NCBI GenBank assembly: GCA_050015075.1
Contig: JBEKCB010000010.1
Location: 65,096-129,095, forward strand
DNA from: Candidatus Brocadiia bacterium
Lineage (GTDB): Bacteria; Planctomycetota; Brocadiia; CAIUPP01
Length of the DNA stretch: 64,000 bases
Direction: 5' to 3'
The notes beneath the pieces were generated by a model that ran no database searches, was not told the DNA's origin, and saw only the letters and a program-made list of their open reading frames with translations. The position numbers were made by a program, and so were the translations under genes. Numbering within the stretch: the stretch's first letter is position 1; each line of letters begins with the position of its first letter. This document shows, piece after piece, positions 17,299-27,896 of the stretch.

Positions 17299-17364
17299 TC
17301 AGTTCTCGCGGATCGTATTCAGCGCCGCCTCGACGCGCCGGCGTGAGGCCATGGGCGTTTTCAT
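17299..17364 (-). pseudogene. 21-codon remnant, possibly the head and tail of a URO-D-like gene
   Basis: TGATG-coupled to the upstream stop; MKTPMASRRRVEAALNTIREN*. Confidence 0.3.
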
Positions 17365-18434
17365 CACCTTTTCAGCCCGTGCTCCATGAGCAGAAGCGTG
17401 CCCAGAGTGGCGTCCGGCGCCTCGACGTGGGCTGTGACGGCCTCGGCGATCCGCGCCAGCGGAAAGCGGTGCGTCACGAGCGCCCGCACATTCAGCTTCC
17501 CCTCGGAAATCAGGCGCAGGACGTACTCCATGTTGGAGCGGGTGGTCCAGCGCATGAAAACGGCGGGATACGCGGCCTCGCCATGCTCCCAGGTCTCGTC
17601 ATGATAGCCTGGACCCGTTCGGGCGCAGCAGCGCAGGTCGAGATTGCCGAGCCCGGCGCCCCAGTGGCAGAGGGTGTTCAGCGCACCGACCAGGCAAATG
17701 CGGCCCATGGCGTGTGTATCCGGGGAGAGCTTCATGACCTTCGTGACGCTTTGAAGAGCCTGCGTGCCGTCTCCGCCGATGGCCATGACCGCCATGTCGA
17801 AACCCGATCCGCGCGTGAACTCGGCGGCGACCCGCGTTTCATCTTCCGACCCGACGACCGTGGCCGCGTCAATCCCCCAACGGCGGGCGACCTCGCAGCG
17901 GAAGGGGAGCTTGTCCCATCCCATGACGTACATGCCGGCCACCTGGCCGATCCGCGCCGACAACTGGCCCACGAGCCCAAGCCCGACGACGAGCAGGTAT
18001 TCGCCGAGTTGAGGTTCACCGCGGCGGATGGCGTGAAGCGCCGTCATGGCGAGGTGGGCAAAGGCGCCTTCCTCGAAGCTGACGTTATCCGGCAGGCGGG
18101 CGCAGAGCTTGATCGGGACGACCGCGAAGTCGGCATGCTGGGCATATCCGGCGCCCATGCAGGCGACGCGGTCGCCGGGCTTGAACTCCTCTGCGCCGGG
18201 GCCGCACTCGAGGACGACGCCGGAGTTCTGGTAGCCGAAAGGCTTCGGGGCCGCCGACGCGGCGGGGGAAGACTGGCGCGCCTTGGCGACGCCGCTGAGT
18301 TCCGTGCCGGGGCTGATGAGCGAGGCGTGCACCTGGACCCGCACGGTTCCTCTTCGAAGCGGCGGCATCGGTTGCGTGATGACCAGGGCGTGACCGGCGG
18401 CATCCAGCGCGCCGACTTGGCGGACCTGGGGCAT
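17364..18434 (-). CDS. MDR-family (zinc-binding ADH-like) dehydrogenase
   Basis: SLISPGTE, GYQNSG and VGLGLVG Rossmann motifs; AAAGGA RBS before MPQV. Confidence 0.85.
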   Translation of the reverse strand: MPQVRQVGALDAAGHALVITQPMPPLRRGTVRVQVHASLISPGTELSGVAKARQSSPAASAAPKPFGYQNSGVVLECGPGAEEFKPGDRVACMGAGYAQHADFAVVPIKLCARLPDNVSFEEGAFAHLAMTALHAIRRGEPQLGEYLLVVGLGLVGQLSARIGQVAGMYVMGWDKLPFRCEVARRWGIDAATVVGSEDETRVAAEFTRGSGFDMAVMAIGGDGTQALQSVTKVMKLSPDTHAMGRICLVGALNTLCHWGAGLGNLDLRCCARTGPGYHDETWEHGEAAYPAVFMRWTTRSNMEYVLRLISEGKLNVRALVTHRFPLARIAEAVTAHVEAPDATLGTLLLMEHGLKR

Positions 18435-18502
18435 GGTGGTTCCTTTCAGCCGGGATTTGCCATTGGACCGTCCTCCAGTGGCAGTCCGCATTCGAACATG
18501 CG

Positions 18503-18530
18503 ATTGTACGTTCAAAGTGCCCGCTGTCAA
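18503..18530 (-). promoter_or_regulatory. Sigma-70 promoter overlapping a LacI-like operator
   Basis: TTGACA-N16-TACAAT; quasi-palindrome TTGTACGTTCAA at 18504-18515. Confidence 0.65.
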
Positions 18531-18802
18531 GCGATTTCTCCGCGGCCTTGGAAAACGTTCCGCCCATGCGCGCCCCTCGCGCTCCTGGAATCCTTGCGGA
18601 CACAGTGGTATCATGCCTGCGGCTGACGGGGTGACTTCGGCGGCTGGTTGAAGCAGCCTGGCCAAGGTCTGGTGGGCCCCTTGGGCAATCCGGTACTCGA
18701 AAGAATCTCGCAAGAAAACCTACGAATACCCATATCCAACCAATACCGTCACCTGCCCGTCAGGAACGTGTTCCCAGCGCGAGGCCAACATGGAGACTCT
18801 TC

Positions 18803-19921
18803 ATGCCATTCTGGACTTCAACGACCCAGGATCGCGAGAGCCTGTTCTTCTACCAGCGAAAAGAAGGCGAGCAGGCCTGGGCGCCGTTGCTTTTCCCGCC
18901 GGACAAGATCCTTTCCGTGCGCAGCTCGAACGGGACGGCAACCTACGAAGAGGGCAAGGACTTCGTATTGGAGAAGGAAAGCGGCGTGCTGCGCCTGGTC
19001 CCCGGATCGAGGATTCCGTTCAAGACGCCCGGCGAGATACATCCGCCGGCGAACAGCGAGCTTCCCAAGTACAAGGCGAAGCGTGGTGATCCCGCCACTT
19101 ACCTGATGTTCGGCGAAGGCCACTTCTTCCACGACTTGCAGGTGGACGTGACCTACACGCACGCGGCCGGCCTCTGGAAGGGATACGTGCCGCGATACCA
19201 GGGTGAGAAACTGCCGATCGCGCTGGGCAAATTGAGGCGGAAGCAGCCGATCACCCTGTGTACACTCGGTGACAGCATCACCGAGGGCGGCAACGCCAGC
19301 AAGGTGGTTGGCGTCGAGCCGTTTCAGCCCGCTTACGGCGAGTTAGTGGCGCTCGGCCTCGAGAAAGCCTACGGGGCCAAGGTGACCTTCAGGAACTTCG
19401 GGGTCGGCGGCTGGACTTCCACGCAGGGGCTTGCCGACATTGATCGCGTGACCGCCGGCTCGAAGCCCGATCTGGCGATCATCGCCTTCGGCATGAACGA
19501 CGCGTGCGGCGGCGACATGGCGAAGTTCGTTGCCAACATCCGCGGCATGATGGATGCGATCAAGGCCGCCGCGTCGGAGGCGGAGTTCGTCCTGGTTGCG
19601 CCGATGCTACCGAATGCTGAGTGGGACGCCCCGAAAATGGAGAACTTTCCGGTGATTCGTGAGACGCTGGCCGGCCTTTGCGGGAAGGGCGCGGTCCTGG
19701 CGGACGTGACGTCGGTCTGGGCCGACCTGCTCAAGCGCAAGGCGTTCCTCGACCTGACCGGCAACGGCTTGAATCATCCGAACGATTTCGGACACCGCGT
19801 TTACGCGCAAACCATTCTGGCGCTCCTGGTCCCGCCCGGCGTGGCGGCCGGGATCGGAGAGCAGAAGGAGCAGGCGAGGCGGGGAAGTTCGGAGGACGGT
19901 CCAATGGGAAATCCCGGTTAA
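18803..19921 (+). CDS. SGNH/GDSL hydrolase (carbohydrate esterase-like)
   Basis: LGDSIT, GGWTS, FGMND and NHPND blocks. Confidence 0.85.
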   Translation: MPFWTSTTQDRESLFFYQRKEGEQAWAPLLFPPDKILSVRSSNGTATYEEGKDFVLEKESGVLRLVPGSRIPFKTPGEIHPPANSELPKYKAKRGDPATYLMFGEGHFFHDLQVDVTYTHAAGLWKGYVPRYQGEKLPIALGKLRRKQPITLCTLGDSITEGGNASKVVGVEPFQPAYGELVALGLEKAYGAKVTFRNFGVGGWTSTQGLADIDRVTAGSKPDLAIIAFGMNDACGGDMAKFVANIRGMMDAIKAAASEAEFVLVAPMLPNAEWDAPKMENFPVIRETLAGLCGKGAVLADVTSVWADLLKRKAFLDLTGNGLNHPNDFGHRVYAQTILALLVPPGVAAGIGEQKEQARRGSSEDGPMGNPG

Positions 19922-19991
19922 CGTGACGGGGCTGCCCGCGCCGGGCGTGTGGACTGACATCGGGGGCACTTCTGGAAAGGACGAGGGAAAT

Positions 19992-20942
19992 ATGATCAGA
20001 CCTGGAAAGACATGGCTGGACACGGATGGCAACGTCATCCAGGCGCACGGTGGCGGCGTCAACTTCTTCAATGGGCGTTACTACTGGTATGGCGAAAACA
20101 AGACCGGCTGCAGCGCGAAGCAGTCGGAAGGGAAACCGTGGCATGCCGGCGCCAATTGTTACTCTTCGTCCGATCTGTATAACTGGACCTTTGAGGGAAC
20201 CGTGTTGCCCGCGACGTCACCTGAATTCGGCCATGAGCTCAACCCGCGCAGGATCATGGATCGTCCCCATGTTCTTTTCAACAAAGCGAACGGCATCTAC
20301 GTGATGTGGATGAAACTCGTGCCCGCCAACTGGCAGGACCAGCATGTCGGAATTGCCACCTCGCCCTCGCCGACCGGGCCCTTCACTCTGAAAAAGATCC
20401 TTCACCCGAACGGCATGTGCGCCGGAGACGCAAATCTGTTCGCCGAGGCCAGCGACGGAAAGGCGTACTATGTCTTCGGCCGGCCCCACACCGAGGTCGT
20501 GGTAGCCGATCTGACTCCCGACTACCTGGATACAACGGGAATGTATAGCTGCCACTTCCCTCAACCGGGTGATCCGTGGGGCCGCGAGGCGCCGGCCATC
20601 TTCAAGCACAAGCATACCTATTACATGATTACATCGGGGACTACCGGATATCGTGCCAATGAAGCGCAGTGGGCCAGCGCACCTTTGATCCATGGTCCCT
20701 GGACCGTCCACGGCAATCCCTGCATCGGTGTGGGAAGCGGCACGACATTCGACTCCCAGATCACGGTGGTATTCGAAGTGGCCGATCGGCCCGGATGTTT
20801 CATCGCCATGGCGGACCGGTGGAATAGCGAAGACATCGAAGCCTCGACCTACGTCTGGCTGCCCTTGCAGTTCAGAGACGGCATTCTCGTCATCAACTGG
20901 TTTGATGAATGGGATTTGTCCTGGTTTGAGAAGAAGCACTAG
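19992..20942 (+). CDS. Glycoside hydrolase family 43 (GH43_24-like)
   Basis: PGKTWLDTDGNVIQAHGGG, YYWYGE, REAPAIFK, TFDSQ and MADRW motifs. Confidence 0.88.
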   Translation: MIRPGKTWLDTDGNVIQAHGGGVNFFNGRYYWYGENKTGCSAKQSEGKPWHAGANCYSSSDLYNWTFEGTVLPATSPEFGHELNPRRIMDRPHVLFNKANGIYVMWMKLVPANWQDQHVGIATSPSPTGPFTLKKILHPNGMCAGDANLFAEASDGKAYYVFGRPHTEVVVADLTPDYLDTTGMYSCHFPQPGDPWGREAPAIFKHKHTYYMITSGTTGYRANEAQWASAPLIHGPWTVHGNPCIGVGSGTTFDSQITVVFEVADRPGCFIAMADRWNSEDIEASTYVWLPLQFRDGILVINWFDEWDLSWFEKKH

Positions 20943-21028
20943 CCGCTCCGGCACTGTGCATCAGTGGCGCAGGAGGAAGGCAGATAATAGGGCTTGCAAT
21001 GAGCACGAGGCGCCAGGTGTGATGTCAA

Positions 21029-21295
21029 ATGTCCAATGAAATCAAGATTGACCTGCACGACGTCAACAACGACTCCGACGCCATTGACCAGGCGTTGGCG
21101 GGTGCGCTGGAGCAGGCGCGACGAACGCGGACGAAGTGCCTTCAAATCGTTCACGGCAAGGGGAGCGGCCAGCTCAAGAAACGCGTGGCCCGGTTCCTCC
21201 AGTCGCCCGAGGTTCGTGCCGTTGCGCGGAACGTGGACAACGATTCGAAGAACTGGGGGAGAGTCTTTGTGTACTTTCGGTGGCCGGAGAGGTAG
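21029..21295 (+). CDS. Stand-alone Smr/MutS2 domain protein
   Basis: IDLH, IVHGKGSGQLK and NWG motifs. Confidence 0.88.
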   Translation: MSNEIKIDLHDVNNDSDAIDQALAGALEQARRTRTKCLQIVHGKGSGQLKKRVARFLQSPEVRAVARNVDNDSKNWGRVFVYFRWPER

Positions 21296-21388
21296 GGTCT
21301 GTCCCACAAGCTTGCAGCTCCGCCGCATGGCATGACAGGCGCTTCGAGCGGAAGCGCGCAAGGTGGGTGGATAAAGGCCGAGACCGCG

Positions 21389-21982
21389 ATGAATCGTGAC
21401 CAGGAAGACGCCCCTGAGCGGATTGTCCCACCGACCCCGAGAGGTTTGATGGACGTGATCGCCCGCAGGGTGAGCTGCCGCGCCTACAGGCCTGACCCAG
21501 TCCCGCAGGAACACATGGTACAGATTCTGGAAGCCGCCCGGCTCGCCCCGTCCGCCTGCAATAAGCAGCCGTGGCGTTTCGCGGTGGTCCGCGACGCTAA
21601 TCTGCGGCGGCGGATCGCGGAGGAGGGCTTCCTTCCCGGCATCAAGATGGATTGGGTCCTGGATGCACCGGTCCATATCGTGATCGGCATGCAGACTTCC
21701 TTTGTGACCCACCGGCTGGGCGCCTCGATTTCGGGCGTGGACTACCCGTGGGTGGACATCGGCATTGCCGGGGAGCATCTCGTGCTGGCGGCGACGGAAC
21801 TGGGCCTGGGCACCTGTTGGATCGGGTGGATCAAGCCCCGTACCACGGCAGGAATCGTCGGATGGCCGAGGTCCGTCAAACCGGTGGCGGTCATCACCGT
21901 GGGCTATCCCCGTGAACCGGAAGCGAATAGCCTGCCGGCCTCCCGGCGCAAAGCGTTGGACGAAATCGCACTATGGTTGTGA
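21389..21982 (+). CDS. Nitroreductase family protein
   Basis: RRVSCRAY, APSACNKQPW and LGLGTCWIG motifs. Confidence 0.9.
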   Translation: MNRDQEDAPERIVPPTPRGLMDVIARRVSCRAYRPDPVPQEHMVQILEAARLAPSACNKQPWRFAVVRDANLRRRIAEEGFLPGIKMDWVLDAPVHIVIGMQTSFVTHRLGASISGVDYPWVDIGIAGEHLVLAATELGLGTCWIGWIKPRTTAGIVGWPRSVKPVAVITVGYPREPEANSLPASRRKALDEIALWL

Positions 21983-22024
21983 TGAGCGCCGATGGAGTTG
22001 GCGCTGCAATAAAGCGAAGTTCAC

Positions 22025-22052
22025 TTGATAATCCCGGATTTTTCGGTATAGT
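22025..22052 (+). promoter_or_regulatory. Sigma-70 promoter for the RDD/efflux operon
   Basis: TTGATA-N16-TATAGT. Confidence 0.55.
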
Positions 22053-22112
22053 GGCGGACAACTAGGGTGTGCCTGCCGCAATCAGCCGGCGGTCCGTGAA
22101 AAGGAGCAAGTC

Positions 22113-22518
22113 ATGGCCGACGGGCAACAGCCTGCCGATCAGAACCTGGTGCAGTGCGAGATCACGAAGCAATGGGTGCCGGCGGATCAAATCATCGAGA
22201 TCCAGGGGCACAGAGTCTGCAGCGCCGGGAAGGAGATTTTCCTCCGGCATCTCGAGAGCGGCCAGCCGCTCCCCGGCGAAATGGAACGCCCGATTGTTGT
22301 TACGCAATACATGGCCGGGATGCTGCAATTTCCACCGCGGCCCGAACATGCTGGCGCGCCTGGCCATTCTGGTCTTATCCAAGCCGAGCGTCAGCATCCT
22401 CAGCTATGTCGGCTTCGCCTACCTCCTCGCCAACATTATTGTGGCGCTGGCGGACCGCAATTCGCAGCGAGCGCTGCATGACCGTCTGGCCGGAACGCGG
22501 GTGATCACCCTTGGCTGA
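22113..22518 (+). pseudogene. RDD-family gene, internally deleted and frameshifted
   Basis: AAGGAG RBS and an N-terminal Cys-containing domain in one frame; the RDD C-terminal signature QRALHDRLAGTRV in another frame; central RDD helices missing. Confidence 0.65.
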
Positions 22519-22561
22519 CCGTGATTCCGAACGCAGAGCCTGAGCAACGCGGGAGAACGAT

Positions 22562-23941
22562 ATGAAGATCTTCGTCACGGCCGTTATTACCTGCGCGGTG
22601 ACGCTGCTGGTCGCGGTGCCGGTGTGCATCGGCTTGTCGCGCCGGCACAAGGAAGACCGCGGCTCCGCCGTGCGCGTGGAGAAGCCCATCCGCGGCGATC
22701 TCGTGGAACTCGTCAGCGCGTCCGGCACGATCATGCCCAAGACCAAGGTCTCGATTTCCGCCCGTGTCTCCGCGCTGATTCAGGAGATTCCGTACGACGA
22801 AGGGCAGGTAGTCACGCGCGGCGATCCGGCTGCGAATCCGCCGATTCCGCCGTCGGTGCTGGTGCGGCTGGACGACAAGGACCTGCAGGCGGCACTGAGG
22901 ACGGCCGAGTCCACGCGGGAATCGAAAGCGGCCCAGATCGCGGTCGCCCGGGCGCGGCTGGTGGCGTCGCGCAGCACGATTGACGGGATGCGCGTCTCCC
23001 TCGACGACGCCCGGCGCACCTTGGAGCGGCAGGCGGAGTTGCTCAAGAACAATTACGTCAGCCAGCAGGCGCGCGACTCGGCCCAATGCCAGGTGGACAA
23101 GCTCGCGGCCGACATCGCCTCGGCGGAAGCTTCGCTCAAGGCGGACGAACTGAACCTGGTGACGATGCAGCACGACCTGGCCGCCGCCGACGCCGACGTC
23201 GCGCGCTGCAAGGAAAACCTCAATTACACCGTCATCACCTCGCCGATTGACGGTGTGGTCACGGCCGTCAAGACCCATGTCGGCGAAATGGCGCTGGGCA
23301 CGATGAACTACGCCGGCACCGAAATCCTTCAGGTCGCCGACCTGTCGAAAATGACGCTCCTGGCCGAAGTGGACGAAGCGTACATCGGCAAGATCCATCC
23401 GGGCCAGAAGGTCAAGGTCTCCGTCCAGGCGTACAGCGACCGCACCTTCGACGGCACGGTGGAATCCATCGCGCTGGTGAATTCCGTCTCCACACGGACC
23501 AACTCGAAATACTTCGAGACGCGCATCCTCGTGAAGGGCGACGGCCGCCAGCTCCTCTCCGGCTTGACGGCCGAGGCCGACATCGAGACCATGCGCCACG
23601 ACGACATCATGAAAATTCCCACTCAGGCCGTGCTCGGACGGCGCACCGATGAGCTGCCCGCCAAAATCAGCGATAAGAACTCCAACGTCCAGTCCGACAA
23701 GACGGAGACGCCCGTGGTGTACCGCCTGGTGGACGGCAAGGCCGTGGTCACGCCGGTGAAGCTCGGCGTCACCGACGCCACTCACACCCAGATCGTGTCC
23801 GGCCTGGCTGATGGCGACCAGGTCATTGTGGGTCCATATAAGGTCCTGGAGACCCTCGCACACGACCAGACCGTCTACGATGATCGGACCGAGCTTCCGG
23901 CCAAGGGCGCAACCGCCTCGAAGCCGGCAAAGCCATCCTGA
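22562..23941 (+). CDS. Efflux periplasmic adaptor (MacA/HlyD family)
   Basis: N-terminal TM, ASGTI, coiled hairpin, ITSPIDGVV and EVDEAYIG motifs. Confidence 0.9.
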   Translation: MKIFVTAVITCAVTLLVAVPVCIGLSRRHKEDRGSAVRVEKPIRGDLVELVSASGTIMPKTKVSISARVSALIQEIPYDEGQVVTRGDPAANPPIPPSVLVRLDDKDLQAALRTAESTRESKAAQIAVARARLVASRSTIDGMRVSLDDARRTLERQAELLKNNYVSQQARDSAQCQVDKLAADIASAEASLKADELNLVTMQHDLAAADADVARCKENLNYTVITSPIDGVVTAVKTHVGEMALGTMNYAGTEILQVADLSKMTLLAEVDEAYIGKIHPGQKVKVSVQAYSDRTFDGTVESIALVNSVSTRTNSKYFETRILVKGDGRQLLSGLTAEADIETMRHDDIMKIPTQAVLGRRTDELPAKISDKNSNVQSDKTETPVVYRLVDGKAVVTPVKLGVTDATHTQIVSGLADGDQVIVGPYKVLETLAHDQTVYDDRTELPAKGATASKPAKPS

Positions 23942-23945
23942 ACAC

Positions 23946-24015
23946 ATTAGCCGCGCCAACGGCTGCGCGGCTGGTGCATCAGTAGAAAATGCGCGCTGAG
24001 CGCGCATTTTCTTAG
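23946..24015 (+). repeat. 70-bp double-hairpin dispersed repeat, copy 1
   Basis: 65/70 identical to the reverse complement of 54986-55055. Confidence 0.85.
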
Positions 24016-24046
24016 GAGCCTTGATTCCCGCAAACAGGCGCCGCCC

Positions 24047-24772
24047 ATGATTCGGCTGGAAAACGTCCGCAAGCTTTTCAAGATCGGCCGGGAGCAGATT
24101 CACGCGCTCGACGGCGTGGACCTGCGCGTCGAGGCCAACGAATACGTCGCCGTGATGGGCGCCTCCGGCTCGGGCAAGAGCACGCTGATGAATGTCCTCG
24201 GCTGCCTCGACCGGCCGACCTCCGGCGTGTACGAGCTCAACGGGAAACCCACCATGCAAATGAGCCAGGGTGAGCTGGCGCACACCCGGAACCGGCAGAT
24301 CGGGTTCGTTTTTCAGTCCTTCGAACTGCTCCCGCGGCTGAACGCCCTCAAGAATGTCTGCCTGCCGATGATCTACGCGCCCGGCGGCTGGTGGGGCTCG
24401 CAGAAGCGGGCGCGGGCGGCGCTCGAGCGCGTGGGACTCGGCGACCGCGTGCGCCATAGGCCGAACCAGCTCTCCGGCGGCGAGCGCCAGCGGATCGCCG
24501 TCGCCCGCGCGCTGGTGAACAGTCCGAGCATCCTCCTGGCCGATGAGCCCACCGGCAACCTCGACAGCCGCAACAGCGAGGAGATCCTGTCGCTCTTCGA
24601 TCAACTCCATCGCGACGGCCAGACCATCATCCTGGTCACCCACGAGGTGGATGTCGCCCGCCATGCCCGGCGGATCATCCGCATGCGCGACGGCCGCATC
24701 CTCTCCGACCTGCCGCGCGAAAGCGACCCCGTCATCGCGCGCGCCGTCAATCCGGCCGGGAGCGCGCCATGA
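24047..24772 (+). CDS. ABC transporter ATP-binding protein (MacB/LolD type)
   Basis: [24 protein letters not shown] and VTHE motifs. Confidence 0.95.
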   Translation: MIRLENVRKLFKIGREQIHALDGVDLRVEANEYVAVMGASGSGKSTLMNVLGCLDRPTSGVYELNGKPTMQMSQGELAHTRNRQIGFVFQSFELLPRLNALKNVCLPMIYAPGGWWGSQKRARAALERVGLGDRVRHRPNQLSGGERQRIAVARALVNSPSILLADEPTGNLDSRNSEEILSLFDQLHRDGQTIILVTHEVDVARHARRIIRMRDGRILSDLPRESDPVIARAVNPAGSAP

Positions 24773-26064
24773 CCCGGCTGATCACCTGGCCGCTCGGCCT
24801 ACTCCGCCTGCTGCTTCAGAGCATGGGACTGGCCTTTGGGCAAATCTGGACCAACAAGGTCCGGTCCGCCCTGACGATGATCGGCATCGTCATCGGCGTC
24901 GCCAGCGTGACCTCGGTCATCGCCTCGCTCACCGGGCTCAAGACGAACGTGCTGAAGGAGTTCGAATCCATCGGCGCCAACCGGATCTTCATTTGGGCCT
25001 GGCAGCCGGAGACCGGCCCGCAGAAAAACGCCTCCTGGCGAACCCTTCAGTTCACCCCCGAACTGTTCGACCACGCGCTGGAGTATTGTCCCTCGCTCCA
25101 GTACATCACGCGGTACACCCATTTGCAGGGGACGGTCAAACACGGCGACGTGTCCGTGGAGGATGTGACCGTCATCGGCGCAGACTCCTGCTGGAACCAG
25201 GTGGAGAACCGGCGTGTGCAGCAGGGGCGGCCGTTTTCGCTCATTGATGTTACCGAGGGCACGAACGTCTGCATGATTGACCCGGCGCTCCAGGAGAAAC
25301 TGCGATTGGAGAAGGAGTGCGTCGGCCGGACCATCGAGGTGGGCGGCCGGACGTTTGTCATCATCGGCCTGATGGAGCCGCGCATCGAGGGCATGTTCGG
25401 CGGCGCCGGGGACCAGGGACGCACCTTCACCCTCTACGCGCCTTTCAAGACGATCTATCGCATCACGCAGTTCATGACGAACGTCGAGGCATCCGCTCGG
25501 ACGCCTGCTCAGTCGGAAGAGGCGCGCGCGGAACTGCGCTTCTTCCTTCGCAAGGAGCGCCGCCTGACATTCGACGAACCGGATAATTTCCGGCTCCAGG
25601 CGGTCGAGGAGATTATGCGCAGTTTCGACCAGGTCGCCATCGTCATTACCATGATCGCCGGCGGCATCGTCGCAATCTCGCTGCTGGTGGGCGGCGTGGG
25701 CATCATGAACATCATGCTCGTGTCGGTCTCCGAGCGCACGCGGGAGATCGGGCTGCGCAAAGCTGTCGGCGCGCCGCCTTCGGCCATCCTCCTGCAATTC
25801 CTGGTCGAGGCCGTCACGCTTTGCCTGGTGGGCGGGTTGATCGGGCTGTTGTTCGGCCAGTTGTTAACGGTCGCCGTCATGGCCGCCGTCACATCGGCCA
25901 TCTCAGGAGGCAAATCCGGAATGGCGCCGATGCAGGCGACGGTCCCGCTCTGGGCCGTCGGGCTGGCGTTCGGGTTTTCGGCGCTGGTCGGCGTGGTCTT
26001 CGGCATGTTCCCCGCCATCAAGGCGGCGCGGCTGGACCCCATGGAAGCCCTGCGGCATGAGTGA
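24769..26064 (+). CDS. MacB/FtsX-type ABC permease
   Basis: [37 protein letters not shown] and [10 protein letters not shown] motifs. Confidence 0.95.
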   Translation: MTRLITWPLGLLRLLLQSMGLAFGQIWTNKVRSALTMIGIVIGVASVTSVIASLTGLKTNVLKEFESIGANRIFIWAWQPETGPQKNASWRTLQFTPELFDHALEYCPSLQYITRYTHLQGTVKHGDVSVEDVTVIGADSCWNQVENRRVQQGRPFSLIDVTEGTNVCMIDPALQEKLRLEKECVGRTIEVGGRTFVIIGLMEPRIEGMFGGAGDQGRTFTLYAPFKTIYRITQFMTNVEASARTPAQSEEARAELRFFLRKERRLTFDEPDNFRLQAVEEIMRSFDQVAIVITMIAGGIVAISLLVGGVGIMNIMLVSVSERTREIGLRKAVGAPPSAILLQFLVEAVTLCLVGGLIGLLFGQLLTVAVMAAVTSAISGGKSGMAPMQATVPLWAVGLAFGFSALVGVVFGMFPAIKAARLDPMEALRHE

Positions 26065-26136
26065 GGCCGAACCGCCGGCGGCGCTGCGGAACACGCACCG
26101 TTGAGAGGCCGTGTCGTGATTCAGAGGGAGAATTGC

Positions 26137-27774
26137 ATGACCTTCGTGAAGCGGCGCGCGGTATTCCTCCTGGCCGCGATCTGCGCCGGGCTGGCCTCCT
26201 GCGCGCCCATCAAGACGAGCAGCCCTTCGGACTACATCGGTCCGGTCGAGCGCCCGCCGGCCGCGACCGGCCAGGTGCCCGCGCCTTCGGCGGCCGTCTC
26301 GCCGGCGCCGGCCGCTCCCGAAGCCGCCGCGCCGAAGGGGCCGCTGCACGTCACCGTTCCCCAGGCCATTCTCCTCGCGCTCGAGAACAACCCCTCGCTG
26401 GCCGTGGACCGCTACAACCCGCCGCTGCACCGCGCCATCGAGCAGGAGCAGCGTGCGGCATTCGATCCCGACCTGACCGGGTCATTCCTCTACACGAGCA
26501 GCCACGAGGGAGCGCCCGGCACCGTCGGCTCGCTGGTGCCATACTCGGACACCTACACCGGCACGCTCGGACTCACGGAATTCCTGCCGACGGGCACCAC
26601 GCTGTCGCTCAGTGCCGGCCTCACGCAATCGCACTTTTTCCCCTTCGTCCCGGGCGGCAAGTTCACCTCGGACGCGCAACTGAGCGTCACCCAGTCGCTC
26701 CTGCGCGGTTTCGGCACGGACGTCAACCTGGCCGCCCTGCGCCAGGCGCGGCTGGACACCGAGACCTCGCAGTACGAACTGCGCGGCTTCGCGGAGTCCA
26801 TCGTGGCGCAGACGGAGGAGGCTTACTGGAACTGCGTCCTCGCTGAGCGGCGGATCGGCATTTACGCGGAGTCGCTCGCGCTGGCTCAGAAGTCCAGCGA
26901 AGAGACGCACGCCCGCGTCCGCCTCGGAGATCTCGCCGGGACCGAGATCGCCGCCGCCGACGCGGAAGTGGCGCTGCGCCGCGAGGACCTGATCAACGCC
27001 CGAAGCACTCTGACCAAGGCGCGCATCGCGCTCCTGCGTCTCCTCAGCCCTCCGGCCAATACGTTCCGAGCCGAGCTGACCCTCGAGGACCAGCCGCAAA
27101 TGCCGCAGGAACCCGTCGGCGATGAAGAGGACCACGTCCAGCTCGGCCTGCGCATGCGGCCCGACCTGAACCAGGCGCGGCTGCAGGTCCGGCGCGGCGA
27201 CTTGAGCGTCGTCGTGACGCGAAACGGCCTGCTGCCGTTGATGAACGTTTTCATGACGCTCGGCCGGACCGGTTATTCGGATTCGTTTACGACCTCCGTC
27301 AACCAGGCTTCGGCCGGCAACACCTATGGTGTGCAGGCCGGCGTGAACCTGGAGTTCCCGCCCATCAATCGTAACGCCCGCGCGCAGTACGCCGGCGCGC
27401 TCCTCACCGTCGAGCAGAGCCGCGAGTCGGTGGTCAACCTCGAGCAACTCGTCGAGTCCGACGTCCGAACTGCCTACAGCGAAGTCCTCCGCGCGGGCGA
27501 ACAGATCACCGCCACCGCCGTCAGCCGCAAGGCTCAGGAAGAGAAGCTCAAGAGCGAGACGGAGAAATTCCACGTCGGCCAGTCCACCACTCTGCTCGTC
27601 GCCCAGACGCAGCGCGACCTGCTTTCGAGCCAGATAGACGAAATAGACGCGGTGGTGACCTACCGCAAGGCGCTCGTCGAAATCTATCGCCTCGAGGGCT
27701 CGCTCCTCCAGCGCCGCGGCATTGTGGCCCCCGGCGCAACTGCGCCCGACGCTCCGCCTGCCGCAGCGCGCTGA
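26137..27774 (+). CDS. TolC-family outer membrane efflux lipoprotein
   Basis: Lipobox LASC; ALENNP and TQSLLRGFG motifs; helical repeats; downstream of the MacAB-like genes. Confidence 0.88.
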   Translation: MTFVKRRAVFLLAAICAGLASCAPIKTSSPSDYIGPVERPPAATGQVPAPSAAVSPAPAAPEAAAPKGPLHVTVPQAILLALENNPSLAVDRYNPPLHRAIEQEQRAAFDPDLTGSFLYTSSHEGAPGTVGSLVPYSDTYTGTLGLTEFLPTGTTLSLSAGLTQSHFFPFVPGGKFTSDAQLSVTQSLLRGFGTDVNLAALRQARLDTETSQYELRGFAESIVAQTEEAYWNCVLAERRIGIYAESLALAQKSSEETHARVRLGDLAGTEIAAADAEVALRREDLINARSTLTKARIALLRLLSPPANTFRAELTLEDQPQMPQEPVGDEEDHVQLGLRMRPDLNQARLQVRRGDLSVVVTRNGLLPLMNVFMTLGRTGYSDSFTTSVNQASAGNTYGVQAGVNLEFPPINRNARAQYAGALLTVEQSRESVVNLEQLVESDVRTAYSEVLRAGEQITATAVSRKAQEEKLKSETEKFHVGQSTTLLVAQTQRDLLSSQIDEIDAVVTYRKALVEIYRLEGSLLQRRGIVAPGATAPDAPPAAAR

Positions 27775-27896
27775 CGCGAACGCGACTGCATCAGACCGCC
27801 GGCGCTCGCGACTGGATTCTTCGCCAGGCCTTTGATAAAGTCCGTGATGAGCGCAGGGATCGCTTGACCTGATCCGGGGGATCGGAGTTGTCCTCA

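Noticed and set aside
18790-18805. Two nearby ATGs in different frames at the SGNH gene start (possible frameshift)
   Set aside because: ATG 18803 has its own GGAG RBS, so no frameshift is needed.
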